Below, in pieces: positions 1 through 10,007 of a DNA stretch of 64,000 nt (positions within the stretch are counted from its first letter, which is position 1; each line of letters opens with the position of its first letter). The stretch comes from a virus, in IMG/VR virus record IMGVR_UViG_3300023281_001622, positions 1 through 64,000 of that record. One strand, 5' to 3'. The translations under genes and the position numbers were made by a program. The notes beneath the pieces are model-generated. The model was given only the letters and a program-made list of their open reading frames with translations. It made no database searches and was not told the DNA's origin.

Positions 1-59
1 CTCCTGATCCTCCTGATCCTCCTGATCCTCCTGATCCTCCTGATCCTCCTGATCCCCCC
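1..59 (+). repeat. 9-bp tandem repeat (CCTCCTGAT) encoding a Pro-Pro-Asp linker
   Basis: About 6 consecutive copies visible at the window start. Confidence 0.9.
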
Positions 60-2576
60 GTAGTATGCGATTTTTTTCAGTGCACTGGTAATCCCGATGA
101 TCCAGTTGCACCTGATGTGGCTGGTAAAGTTTTTGATTGCGAACTTTGTGATTATGTAGACATACCACAAGAACAAGAGTGCTGTACGGATCTTGATGCT
201 TTCCAAGACGCCTTACATTCAGGTTTTGAATACGACGGCAAGACCTGGGGAGTTTGTGGTAGTTCTAGTTCCTCATCGAGTAGCTCTGGATCAAGTCTCT
301 CTGGCTCTAGTAGTAGTAGTGGCTCGAGCATCAGTGGCTCGAGCATTAGTGGCTCAAGCATTAGTGGTTCGAGCAGTAGTGGCTCGAGCATTAGTGGCTC
401 AAGCATTAGTGGCTCAAGCATTAGTGGTTCGAGCAGTAGTGGCTCGAGTGGCTCTGGTGGATGTGATTGTCCTGTTTATTGTATTCAGGAGATTGACGGA
501 GCTACAGGAGAAGTGATAACGCAAGAGGAAATACAGTTCTTTTATGAGTCCAAGGAGGAAACTCTCTATGAATTCGCAGACACGCTACCAGATGGGGGTG
601 GTGTATGTAACGCGTTCTTTTTGGGCGACACTCAATTAACAATGTATATTGAGTATAATGCTAATTGTAACTTGAAACAGGATTGGATAATAAGTTACAT
701 TCCAGGTTTACTTGATCCCCTAATTGTTCCTATTAGCGGAGGTGATTTTTGGCATGATGGGAATCAATACATTTTTACTGAGGGGCCTTGTGGTTCAAGC
801 TCTTCATCTTCATCCTCATCTAGTGGGTCTAGTGGTGTAGACGAATGTATATGTGTTGTTTTGACATACAACGGCCAATCTTTTCAATACACAGATTGTT
901 CACAATTGATACCTGGAACAAATCGTAGGATTTGGACATGGGGATCAGCAACGCTAACCGAAACTGCGGGTGGTTTTGAGCTGCAGATGAACCATCAGAC
1001 TGCATTGTTCCCTACGCTTGATTCTTTTTTAGCGGCTTTATCTGGTGGTTACAATTTAGGTAACGGCACTATATCGGAATGTCCTTCGTCTTCTAGTTCA
1101 ACCAGTGGTGGTAGCTCAGGAAGTCCTGGGCCTTGTGAAGGCGAGTTTTGTGTTGAATGGGAGGATGCTAACCCATTGACTGGGACACAATATGCAACAG
1201 GAAGGCTGGAGACGGTTTTAAATGGTGTCACTTACGGCAACGATACCTTTGACGGAATATACGAATATGAGTGCGTTGGCATATTTGATGGTCCTGCTGG
1301 AATAGGTCAAGGCGATTTAATGTTACGCAGTGGGTATATCACGAAGTATTCAGGCCCACTGGGCACTACGTCATCTATACTGCTATTCCAAGGCACTGAA
1401 TGGAATTGGACATTGGATGGTGAACCAGCACCGAACGGCCCAAACAACAATGACTTTACAGGATTGTGGTTGGATGTTGGGGTAGGTTTTGATCTCGAAA
1501 TCTCTGATGGGCCATGTCCGAGCAGTAGCAGTAGTAGTAGTAGTAGTGGCAGCTCTGGTGAGGAAGAATGCAAAATTTGTCTGCTTACTTATATTGGGTT
1601 AAACAGAGAGTATTTAAAGTCGTCTGTGGAGATGTATGGTACACGCATGCCATACTCAGACGCTGCCGATATGTATCCTAACATGTTTGGTTTCGACCCA
1701 GATTATTCTATTTGTGTTTTTCCTTTTGAGGATTACACCTCCAATGTTTTTGGACACATATTTGTGCAAGGCGATTACATACGTCTGCAAACAGATCAAG
1801 CTAGACATCAAATCCCCTACCAATATGCAGGCTACGAATACGATGTTATTATTGGAGGTTGTCCTAGTGGCAGCAGTAGTTCCAGCGATTCATCGAGTGG
1901 TTTATCTAGTGATTCATCGAGTAGCTCATCCATTAGCTCCTCTAGCGATTCATCAAGTAGCTCTAGTGGCTCATCGCGTGACTCATCGAGTAGCTCAATG
2001 AGTGGTAGCTCTAGTGCAGGCTCAAGTGGTAGCTCTAGTGTTATTTCGAGTGGTAGCTCTAGTGTTAGTTCTGGTTCTAGTTCCAGCAGCATTAGCAGCA
2101 GTAGTAGCTCTAGCGGAGCATCTAGTGGAAGCCCTAGTGGAAGCTCTAGTGGAGCATCCAGCGGAGCATCCAGCGGAAGCCTTAGCGGAGGTTCTAGCGG
2201 AGGCTCAGTAGGCTCAGACTCGGGTTCATCATTGGGTTGCTGCACGCCAGATACGATAACTATAAGTTGGTCATATATAGATTTCAGCACATACCCTTCC
2301 ACAACTAGGTCTTACACGGAAACTTTAACGAGGAGTAGTTGCACATTTTATTATAGAGAAACTCCAAAGGGAGAATGCGTTTATTATCCTGGCATACCAG
2401 GTATTGAATATATCGGGGTTCAATATGATGGATCAAGTTGGAATGCATTTGGAGGGGAGAACTGTTTTGCTAGTCAAGCAGAGGCTTATGGAGGCACTGA
2501 CCCATGTGATCCAACTGGCACATATCAAGAATACTACTACGGAAACCCAACAGGGGGAACATGGACAATATCATGA
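3..2576 (+). CDS. Ser/Gly-rich, Cys-delimited multidomain protein (putative virion fibre/surface protein); 5'-truncated by the window edge
   Basis: The frame of ORF 117-2576 is open from base 3 (PDPPDPP...VVCDFFQC). Modules of roughly 100 aa ending in 'GPC/GGC' alternate with poly-Ser/Gly linkers. Confidence 0.75.
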   Translation, partial: PDPPDPPDPPDPPDPPDPPVVCDFFQCTGNPDDPVAPDVAGKVFDCELCDYVDIPQEQECCTDLDAFQDALHSGFEYDGKTWGVCGSSSSSSSSSGSSLSGSSSSSGSSISGSSISGSSISGSSSSGSSISGSSISGSSISGSSSSGSSGSGGCDCPVYCIQEIDGATGEVITQEEIQFFYESKEETLYEFADTLPDGGGVCNAFFLGDTQLTMYIEYNANCNLKQDWIISYIPGLLDPLIVPISGGDFWHDGNQYIFTEGPCGSSSSSSSSSSGSSGVDECICVVLTYNGQSFQYTDCSQLIPGTNRRIWTWGSATLTETAGGFELQMNHQTALFPTLDSFLAALSGGYNLGNGTISECPSSSSSTSGGSSGSPGPCEGEFCVEWEDANPLTGTQYATGRLETVLNGVTYGNDTFDGIYEYECVGIFDGPAGIGQGDLMLRSGYITKYSGPLGTTSSILLFQGTEWNWTLDGEPAPNGPNNNDFTGLWLDVGVGFDLEISDGPCPSSSSSSSSSGSSGEEECKICLLTYIGLNREYLKSSVEMYGTRMPYSDAADMYPNMFGFDPDYSICVFPFEDYTSNVFGHIFVQGDYIRLQTDQARHQIPYQYAGYEYDVIIGGCPSGSSSSSDSSSGLSSDSSSSSSISSSSDSSSSSSGSSRDSSSSSMSGSSSAGSSGSSSVISSGSSSVSSGSSSSSISSSSSSSGASSGSPSGSSSGASSGASSGSLSGGSSGGSVGSDSGSSLGCCTPDTITISWSYIDFSTYPSTTRSYTETLTRSSCTFYYRETPKGECVYYPGIPGIEYIGVQYDGSSWNAFGGENCFASQAEAYGGTDPCDPTGTYQEYYYGNPTGGTWTIS
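318..452 (+). repeat. 15-bp coding tandem repeat (AGTGGCTCRAGCATT) encoding SGSSI/SGSSS
   Basis: Multiple imperfect copies visible. Confidence 0.85.
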
Positions 2577-3115
2577 AGTTTTTACACATACCAAAAACAG
2601 CAGGGCAAAGTGTTGCTGAAGCTATGGGCAGCTCTGCAAGTTATCTGAGGCATAAACGTGTTAGTGAGGTGCAAAGTAATGACGACATTATGACTGTTGT
2701 TCGCAACCCATATGATCGTGCTGTAAGCTCTTATTACTACCTAAAAAACCTACAAGGTGATGCACCGATAATGCAGGATTTATTTCAATCGTTAAACGGG
2801 TTTTGGGATAAGATATACAACGCGCCTAAGAGTGGCATCGAACATAAACACATGAAACCTCAGATGTGGTTTATAGGAGATGAGGATGGCAATGTATCAT
2901 CACAAATCAAAGTTTTGTTGAGATATGAGACACTTGAGCAACAGTTCAAACAGTTAGCTTTGCAAGAAGGTTTTGCTGAATTGCCTGTCATTAACGCATC
3001 TAAGCTTAGACCAAACACACATTGGCAGAATGAGTTGAGCGAGGAATCCATTACACAGATCGGAGAGTTGTATGCAGACGACTTTGAACACCTCAACTAC
3101 GAAAGGATAAGCTAA
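2573..3115 (+). CDS. Sulfotransferase (Sulfotransfer_2-like)
   Basis: FLHIPKTAGQS (5'-PSB loop), VRNPYDRAVSSY (3'-PB), HMKPQ, RYETL and terminal Y.DDFE..NY; ATGA overlap with the upstream stop. Confidence 0.88.
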   Translation: MKFLHIPKTAGQSVAEAMGSSASYLRHKRVSEVQSNDDIMTVVRNPYDRAVSSYYYLKNLQGDAPIMQDLFQSLNGFWDKIYNAPKSGIEHKHMKPQMWFIGDEDGNVSSQIKVLLRYETLEQQFKQLALQEGFAELPVINASKLRPNTHWQNELSEESITQIGELYADDFEHLNYERIS

Positions 3116-3166
3116 TGGCAGATAGGATGTGAACGTTTCTGAGTGAAAACATGATTATTAAAACTG

Positions 3167-3175
3167 TGTTATAAT
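3167..3175 (+). promoter_or_regulatory. Extended -10 promoter (TGTTATAAT) 7 nt before the ATG at 3183
   Basis: TGn-TATAAT consensus match. Confidence 0.55.
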
Positions 3176-3182
3176 ACCCAGC

Positions 3183-4229
3183 ATGGAACAACACGACGAG
3201 AACAAGAACGCAAATGACTTGTTTACAGAAGATCAGATAAGTTATTTAAAACAGCATTTTAATATTGCGGATGCTGCTCCTAGCCCAGTGGGTCGCCATG
3301 CTTCTGTCCCCAGTAAATACACTGCACATACAGTCATTGATTGCGTAGATAGGGGTGAGTGTGCTACTGAACTTGAGGAGCGTGAACGGCAACTGTCAGA
3401 GAACCCTGCGTTGCATTTTGTTTCTGACGTTGTTTCTGAGGGCACTCCTCTATCAACACAAGTTGAGCACAGTAACACTGCATCACAAGATAGGGACGAG
3501 GTGGTGACATTGGAGGAAGTGGATACATCCAAGTTGTTTGATCTGCACCAGTGGTTTAAGCATACAAGTGTTGTAAGTTTGGATAAGTTCCCGAAGAGGT
3601 GGGAGATTTTTCAAGAGCGGGCTACGAAAGCAGGCTTAACTGGTTACAAGAAGTTTCATGCTATTGAGGGTGACAAAGTGCCCCCCTCTGGTTGGTTTAG
3701 AGGAGGCAATGGAGCGTGGGGATGTCTTATGAGTCATTTGCGTATTGTCCAAGACGCTTTGATGGATGATAAGCCTGGACACATTCTTGTCTTTGAAGAC
3801 GACGCTGTGTTTAGTGATGACTGGCTTGAGCGCATGCACAGGATCATGGACGAGGTGGGTGATGATTGGGACATGCTTTATCTAGGAGGCCAGCACTTAC
3901 ACATGCCTCGTGTGAAGCCATACAGGATGACTTTCAACAAGGAGGTGGTTAATGCTCGCAACATCAACAGAACGCATGCATTTGCTATAAACAAGAGGTT
4001 TTTAGGGAAGTATCAGCAACACATTATGTTTGCCCCTGATTACATCGAGGCAAAGAGCAATTTTCACATTGATCACCAGTTGGGCATTTTGCACCAACAC
4101 CAGAATTACAGTATTTTAGCTGCACAGCCTTGGATTAATGGGCAGGGAGCGGGCTTGAGTTGGACGTGTGGACGCAAGACGGGCGAGAACTGGTGGAAGA
4201 TTAAAGAGGAGCAAATTGCACAGAGATAA
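3183..4229 (+). CDS. Glycosyltransferase family 25-like protein with N-terminal extension
   Basis: VVSLDKFPKRW, AIEG, GCLMSH, ILVFEDDA, WDMLYLGG, THAFAI and HIDH motifs. Confidence 0.85.
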   Translation: MEQHDENKNANDLFTEDQISYLKQHFNIADAAPSPVGRHASVPSKYTAHTVIDCVDRGECATELEERERQLSENPALHFVSDVVSEGTPLSTQVEHSNTASQDRDEVVTLEEVDTSKLFDLHQWFKHTSVVSLDKFPKRWEIFQERATKAGLTGYKKFHAIEGDKVPPSGWFRGGNGAWGCLMSHLRIVQDALMDDKPGHILVFEDDAVFSDDWLERMHRIMDEVGDDWDMLYLGGQHLHMPRVKPYRMTFNKEVVNARNINRTHAFAINKRFLGKYQQHIMFAPDYIEAKSNFHIDHQLGILHQHQNYSILAAQPWINGQGAGLSWTCGRKTGENWWKIKEEQIAQR

Positions 4230-5107
4230 TGGTTGCGCCCGATAAAGTTAAGAGTGTGCGTTTCCTTACTTGGGGTAAGAATTTCAATAAGTTTTACAAA
4301 CCCATTATGGACGCTCACCGCAATATGGGGCATGAAGTGGATTTGCTTTGGTATAATAAATGGAACTTGGCTAAATTAGAGAGAGCTAACCCAGATATTG
4401 TTTATTTTTGGAACGGTGAATACAGTTTTTTGAGTCGGGCTAAGAAATGGTGTGCTGACAATAATATACCTAATTTTTGTTTGGAGCTTGCGTGGTTCCC
4501 GCAAGGCAAGAGTGTTTATTGTGATTATCATGGAACAAATGGTAGATGCTCCTTGCATTTCGACGACTTATCTTGGTTGGAGCAAGATGATTACACTCGT
4601 TTGCTTTCAAAAAGGGAGGAATACCGAGATGGGCTTAGTGAATGGTCTGGCAAATATGTTTTGGTTCCTTTGCAATTGACGCACGATACGACTATGCAGC
4701 GGTGGTCGCCTTTGAAGGCTAACGCTAAGGTCATTGAAACTGCTTTACGCATGTTTCCTGATAAGAAGGTTGTTTTTAGAAGGCACCCTAAAGACAAGAA
4801 TAAATATCATGATCTTGAGACTGAATATAATATTAAAGTGGACTGGGAGTTTGGTCATTCACGCTCATTGAAAGAAATGATTCTTGGTGCAGATTTAGTG
4901 TGGGGAATGAATAGCACTGTTTTGAGTGAGGCTGCCCTTATGGGTAAGCCTGTTATTGCAGCTGGCAAAAGTTTTCTCAATATTGGCCAGAACCGAGAGC
5001 AAGCACTGGCAGCTATGATTGCAAGGGAAATACCTATAGATACAGAAGACATAACTCCATGGACTCGCAGGGGCAGGGGCTTGGAACACCTATCTCTTAA
5101 TGCATGA
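4229..5107 (+). CDS. Capsule polysaccharide biosynthesis (KpsS/KpsC-like) GT-B protein
   Basis: FWNG, ELAWFP, VLVPLQ..D, VFRRHP and NSTVLSEAALMGKPV motifs. Confidence 0.75.
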   Translation: MVAPDKVKSVRFLTWGKNFNKFYKPIMDAHRNMGHEVDLLWYNKWNLAKLERANPDIVYFWNGEYSFLSRAKKWCADNNIPNFCLELAWFPQGKSVYCDYHGTNGRCSLHFDDLSWLEQDDYTRLLSKREEYRDGLSEWSGKYVLVPLQLTHDTTMQRWSPLKANAKVIETALRMFPDKKVVFRRHPKDKNKYHDLETEYNIKVDWEFGHSRSLKEMILGADLVWGMNSTVLSEAALMGKPVIAAGKSFLNIGQNREQALAAMIAREIPIDTEDITPWTRRGRGLEHLSLNA

Positions 5108-5733
5108 TAAATTTACATGTTTATTGGATGCAGGGCTGGGATAAGGCACCACCGCGGGCGCTAAGAAATAGGGATGCCTGGATTGATGCTGGTTTTAATG
5201 TCACCTGTTGGGATGATGAAAATGTCGGAGTAAAGTTTAAGCGTTTAATGCCTCCAGCTATGCGTGCAGACATTACTTTGGCTAGGGCTATGTGTAATCT
5301 GGGTGGTGTGGCTGTTGGCGCAGATTCTTCTCCTTTGGATGTTGAGTCATGGAAAAAGTCTATAAAAATACTACCATACTGGAGCGGTCAAATTATATGG
5401 CAGAGCAAAAAGAGCAGTATAGGGCGACCTAATCAAAGACCTTACATAGCTGGCAGTTATTTCAACAAGGGTAATCCATTCATCAAAGATGTAGTAGCTA
5501 CTCACGATATTCTTTTGAAGCGTAATTATAAGAGGACTCCAAACCCTTTTAATCTTACTGGCCCTAAACTTTGGGCTAAAATGTATGGCAAGCATTCGCG
5601 TTATGTTAATGTTATTGCTGGAGGGCATGCTTTCTTGAAGGAGCCTCGCATCGCTGGAACATCAAGTAATGCATGGCTTGACGCTGGTTTTGCTAACGAT
5701 TGGAAGGGAACAAAAAAACAAGTGTGGAAATGA
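5104..5733 (+). CDS. GT32/capsular polysaccharide synthesis-like glycosyltransferase
   Basis: HVYWMQGW, WDDE, RADI...GGV..GAD (degenerate DxD) and TGP motifs. Confidence 0.6.
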   Translation: MINLHVYWMQGWDKAPPRALRNRDAWIDAGFNVTCWDDENVGVKFKRLMPPAMRADITLARAMCNLGGVAVGADSSPLDVESWKKSIKILPYWSGQIIWQSKKSSIGRPNQRPYIAGSYFNKGNPFIKDVVATHDILLKRNYKRTPNPFNLTGPKLWAKMYGKHSRYVNVIAGGHAFLKEPRIAGTSSNAWLDAGFANDWKGTKKQVWK

Positions 5734-6518
5734 AATTCTTAGTCTCATGTGATAACTCTCAAATGTATGCTCCTTACTGGCCGCATTTAAAGCGACATCT
5801 GGAAAATAGATTTGGTTGGACAGCTCAATGTCTTTTTGTGGGCGACGATCATGACCCGATGCTTAAAAGGCTTCGCAATGAAGCTGGATCTGACAGCATT
5901 ACTGTATTGCCGAAACCTGAGGGGCAATTGCCAGTATTGGCTGCAGCAGCTTGGGGAAGGTATTATTTGGCGAAACTATGTCCTCCCGACGAGGTGGTTT
6001 GCACATTAGATATTGATCAATTTCCTATTTCTAAGCGCATATTTCTTTTGGCGGGTGATCCTGGACAGGATTATCAAGTGTTGGTCAATAGGGGGGAATC
6101 TTTTCGAGACCCCAATGCCGACATGCTCAAGCCTACTTGGTGTAGGGGTAGACGTTCACCACCAAGGTCAATTATTGGTGCTTACTATCACATCGCTAAG
6201 GCATCCACGTTTTGCGATGTTCATCAGTTTCATGACGATTGGGCGCAGGAGACACAACGGATGTATGATGCTTCTTCTGATTTGTTTACTATGAACAAAA
6301 ACCATAGCAATCAGACCGCTTCTTGTGTTGGCTTAGATGAGTCTTGGGGCACAGCAAATATAAGGCGCTGGATGTTTGCTGGTGGTAATGTGCAGTCGCC
6401 ATTGGGTTTTGGTTGGTTTGTTAAGAAGAGACGCAGATTGGAACGTCATTTTAGGCGAGTCAATCCTGACAGTTTTGATCTGGCTGCTTGGGTAGATAAA
6501 TTTGAACGTTTGCCATGA
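5730..6518 (+). CDS. Putative GT-A fold glycosyltransferase
   Basis: Y.PYWP...W, RYY and TLDIDQFP (DxD) motifs; located in the glycan cluster with ATGA overlaps at both ends. Confidence 0.5.
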   Translation: MKFLVSCDNSQMYAPYWPHLKRHLENRFGWTAQCLFVGDDHDPMLKRLRNEAGSDSITVLPKPEGQLPVLAAAAWGRYYLAKLCPPDEVVCTLDIDQFPISKRIFLLAGDPGQDYQVLVNRGESFRDPNADMLKPTWCRGRRSPPRSIIGAYYHIAKASTFCDVHQFHDDWAQETQRMYDASSDLFTMNKNHSNQTASCVGLDESWGTANIRRWMFAGGNVQSPLGFGWFVKKRRRLERHFRRVNPDSFDLAAWVDKFERLP

Positions 6519-7303
6519 AGTTTGTGACAACACAGTTAAGAGGTCGGCTCGGTAATCAGATGTTCCAAATTGGAGCTTTATATACTTATGCCAAGAGACA
6601 CCATTACAGGCCTGTGTTACGCAACAGCACTCATGATTACCCCGTCGTTTTTAGGCGTGTCAATTTTGATAATGATATTGCAACTTCAAACTACAAAGTC
6701 CTAGAACACAATCATTTTGGTTACTCTGAAATCCCTGTTGATGACTCGGATGAGTCTATAAACATCCATGGACATTATTGTTATTTTCAACACGAAAATT
6801 ACCTTGATAAGGATTTAACGAAGGACTTGTTTGCTATACCTGAAACACTGAGAGAATCTCTGACCAACAAATACCCTGATATTGATACCAGATGCTCTAT
6901 ACACATACGGAGGGGTGATTATGCTAGGAGGCGAAGGGGTGGTAAACGAATATGGCCTACACACGCTGTGGATTATTTGAACAAAGCCAGATCTTATGTG
7001 CATTCAAGCAACTTCTTGGTGTCTAGTGATGATATTCCTTGGTGTAAACGCCATCTTCCAAATGACATGAATATTTTATATGTGGATGAGGCACCTGAAG
7101 CATCTATGTATGCCATGTCACTGTGTGAACATCATATCATTTCTAATAGCTCTTTTAGTTGGTGGAGTGCTTACCTTAATTCGAATGAAAACAAGACTGT
7201 TATTGCTCCAAAGCAATGGTTCCTGAAAGACAATCCAGTTGTCTTAAGCCGCCAAGCCAACATTTACAGTAATATTCCATGTGAAGATTGGATTAGGATT
7301 TGA
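6515..7303 (+). CDS. Alpha-1,2-fucosyltransferase-like protein (GT11)
   Basis: GRLGNQMFQ, YFQ, SIHIRRGDY, SDDIPWCK, IISNSSFSWWSAYL and P..W motifs. Confidence 0.92.
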   Translation: MKFVTTQLRGRLGNQMFQIGALYTYAKRHHYRPVLRNSTHDYPVVFRRVNFDNDIATSNYKVLEHNHFGYSEIPVDDSDESINIHGHYCYFQHENYLDKDLTKDLFAIPETLRESLTNKYPDIDTRCSIHIRRGDYARRRRGGKRIWPTHAVDYLNKARSYVHSSNFLVSSDDIPWCKRHLPNDMNILYVDEAPEASMYAMSLCEHHIISNSSFSWWSAYLNSNENKTVIAPKQWFLKDNPVVLSRQANIYSNIPCEDWIRI

Positions 7304-7306
7304 TTC

Positions 7307-7930
7307 ATGCTTATATCATATAAAACTATAGTTGAAACTTACGGACTCCCTAAGGGCGTTCTGCACATCGGGGCGCACATTGGTCAGGAGGCTGTGCAAT
7401 ATCACGGAATGGGTAGTGATCATGTGATCTGGGTTGAAGCTGATCCTGACACATACAACATATTAAAGCGTCGTGTCCTCAGGTATCCATATCATAAGTG
7501 TTATTCTTTCGCTGCTTATGACGAGGACGATTTAGAACTAGATCTTAATGTGACCAACAATGGTCAATCGTCTTCCCTTTTGGAGATGGGGACACACCTA
7601 CTTCACCACAAGAAAGTAAGAGTAGTTAAGAGTAAGCCAGTGATGACAAAGAAGGTGGACACATTCTTAAGTGAGGAATTGATTGATATCCGAAATTACA
7701 ATTTTCTAAATTTAGACATACAAGGGGTTGAGTTGAAAGCTCTTCATGGCATGGTGGAGAGTTTACCGTATATAGATTATATTTTTACAGAGGTTAATAA
7801 AGAGCAGATCTATAAGGGGTGTGCACAAATAGGTGAAATTGATGATTTTTTGTTATCTTTTGGTTTTCATCGGGTTGCTACTGAAATGACTAAGTGGAAT
7901 TGGGGTGACGCTCTTTACATAAAAAAATAA
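7307..7930 (+). CDS. FkbM-family SAM methyltransferase
   Basis: LHIGAHIGQE, WVEA, SSSLL, LDIQGVELKALHG, TEV and WGDALY motifs. Confidence 0.9.
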   Translation: MLISYKTIVETYGLPKGVLHIGAHIGQEAVQYHGMGSDHVIWVEADPDTYNILKRRVLRYPYHKCYSFAAYDEDDLELDLNVTNNGQSSSLLEMGTHLLHHKKVRVVKSKPVMTKKVDTFLSEELIDIRNYNFLNLDIQGVELKALHGMVESLPYIDYIFTEVNKEQIYKGCAQIGEIDDFLLSFGFHRVATEMTKWNWGDALYIKK

Positions 7931-7986
7931 TATGTTTTTTATAGGCCACCCGTAAGCCTTAAAAAGTATGTTATGATACCACCCAA

Positions 7987-8667
7987 ATGACCGCTCCTAT
8001 TGTTACTTTTGCAACACCTAGATCAGGAAGCACGCTATTGCTGCGTTTATTGAATAGATCCACAAACACACTCACTGGAGCACGTGTTAGGTATAACGGA
8101 GAGTTGGATGTCTTGAGCTCGTGGACAAACACTGTAAAGCGGCTTCTTGATGTAGATCAGAATGGTGAAATGTCGATGGATGAGCTGGCTAAAGATACTG
8201 AATTTTTGTCACACTACCACTATGAGAAAGTGGATGTTATGATTAAACATATGGCTGAATTTCACAGGCTTTGGTGTGGAGGCGTTGATAATTGGGGTTG
8301 GAAGCTGGTGAATTACGGAGTGCATGATTACTCGTCTTTCACCGAACACGTCAACACGCTGATTAATGTGTATCCTGGGGCTCAATTTATTACACTCACT
8401 CGTTCATATGATGACACTTTGACTAGCATTAAGTCAACAGACTGGTGGGATGAAAGCTTGAGCAGCGAGGATTTAGAAAGACGCTTGTTTAACCAGCACG
8501 CTAATTACAAGAAATTGCGACAAGCTTTTGGTGGGGGTCGATGCCATCAACTAACTTACACAGACATACTAGACTACGACAGGTTTAGTGCTTTTTTATT
8601 GAAGCTTGGTTGGTGTATAGCACAGGCAGATTACGACAAGGTGCTTGGCAACAAGGTGAGGTGTTGA
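7987..8667 (+). CDS. Sulfotransferase (Sulfotransfer_3-like)
   Basis: TPRSGSTLL PAPS loop, NGE, WGWK and FITLTR...S motifs. Confidence 0.78.
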   Translation: MTAPIVTFATPRSGSTLLLRLLNRSTNTLTGARVRYNGELDVLSSWTNTVKRLLDVDQNGEMSMDELAKDTEFLSHYHYEKVDVMIKHMAEFHRLWCGGVDNWGWKLVNYGVHDYSSFTEHVNTLINVYPGAQFITLTRSYDDTLTSIKSTDWWDESLSSEDLERRLFNQHANYKKLRQAFGGGRCHQLTYTDILDYDRFSAFLLKLGWCIAQADYDKVLGNKVRC

Positions 8668-8673
8668 CCTGTC

Positions 8674-9267
8674 TCACTCTTTGCTTAGCCAACACGTTGC
8701 TGGGAACTTTAGATCTTCGTTTTCATCATTAGCCACTTCCTTGGGTAGATGCACTTTAGCTTTAAGCTGACAACCACACACATTGCATCCCCTCAGTTGA
8801 TCGTCGTGCTTTGTGCTGGCTCCTTTTGTTGCTTTGAGAAGCTTGGGTATGAGGCCTGAGCAGCCCATACAGCCCTTGATAGGGACATTATTGGGGCACG
8901 TGGTGCATATCTTTGCTCTTTTATCAGCAACATCTTGTTCTACTAGCTCTCCCCCGCTCGCTATGAAGTTTTGCACTGTTTTGAGGAATCTAGCCACTTC
9001 ATTTCTTCCGATATGTTTTGCTACTGGAGCCTTGTCTTCACTTGGAGCTCCTGAATCTTCGCACATTGAGGCATAACCTGGGTTGTTACATATGTCTTCT
9101 TGCACTCTGTCAAAGAACCCATGCTGTAGATCCCCCCCGTTTTGTTTGCGTATTTTAATGATGTTTCTGATTAAGCTTTGAATATTTGAGCTGCTTATTG
9201 CTTGTGAGCCAGTTTCGTACCAGATAACAGGTTTGCTGAACTTTTTTGTTTGTTTTAGTCGTTTCAT
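8674..9267 (-). CDS. Cys-rich putative metal-binding protein (paralog of 35811-36392)
   Basis: RAKICxxCP, GCMGC, GCxxCGCxLKAK and FPxxCW motifs. Confidence 0.7.
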   Translation of the reverse strand: MKRLKQTKKFSKPVIWYETGSQAISSSNIQSLIRNIIKIRKQNGGDLQHGFFDRVQEDICNNPGYASMCEDSGAPSEDKAPVAKHIGRNEVARFLKTVQNFIASGGELVEQDVADKRAKICTTCPNNVPIKGCMGCSGLIPKLLKATKGASTKHDDQLRGCNVCGCQLKAKVHLPKEVANDENEDLKFPATCWLSKE

Positions 9268-9351
9268 GAGAGATATGCTATATGTATTTTAACATACATT
9301 CTACACAAACAAGCCATACAACAAAGTGTGTTATAATAGTTGGCATAACAC

Positions 9352-9999
9352 ATGTCAGCATTCATCAAACTATCCGACGCTATTGAAGCTATCGAACACC
9401 TTATTGTATGTGACGATATTGTAGATTTATTGAATCGAGCAGGAGAGCGTTTATACCGCAAAGGTGCATCTCCTGGATGGACGAAAGAACTAAGTATTCC
9501 CAGCATTGATGCAAATGGTGAATTTGATGTGAGTTTTGTGAGTATATCACATGTCTTGGCATTCAAACAAGAATCCACTCCCTATTACATCACCCCTGTT
9601 GAAACCACTTACAGAACGGACAGGAGTGGTGGAGATCGTTTTGTCGATCTTGGTTACAAACCAAACCATTGCCACTATCGCACATACAGGCTCCCACAGG
9701 AGCTTTTAAGACAGGACGGCGACTACAGTGCTTATGAGGTGAAGGCATTGGTCAAGATGGCTTATCAGCCTGTGGTTGCTGAGACGGACACTTTCCCTTT
9801 CCAGAACTTGGATCCACTGAAGCTGATGGCTATGGCTATACAGTATGAAGACAACAGTGATCCAGAACGTGCGGCTATGTATGCCGACGCAGCTCTCGAA
9901 GAACGCGAGTCCGATTCTGTAGAGTTTCGTGGGCCACAGGTGCTCACTATAGGCATATATGATCCAGCATCAGATGCCGTCACTGAAACAATCAACTAA
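9352..9999 (+). CDS. Putative virion tail/adaptor protein
   Basis: Long ORF behind a TGTTATAAT promoter, upstream of the internal-virion-like genes; function inferred from position only. Confidence 0.35.
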   Translation: MSAFIKLSDAIEAIEHLIVCDDIVDLLNRAGERLYRKGASPGWTKELSIPSIDANGEFDVSFVSISHVLAFKQESTPYYITPVETTYRTDRSGGDRFVDLGYKPNHCHYRTYRLPQELLRQDGDYSAYEVKALVKMAYQPVVAETDTFPFQNLDPLKLMAMAIQYEDNSDPERAAMYADAALEERESDSVEFRGPQVLTIGIYDPASDAVTETIN

Positions 10000-10007
10000 A
10001 CAAACCA

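Noticed and set aside
152-2302. Antisense and alternative-frame Leu/Glu/Pro- or Val/Ala-rich ORFs
   Set aside because: Shadows of the Ser/Gly repeat codons
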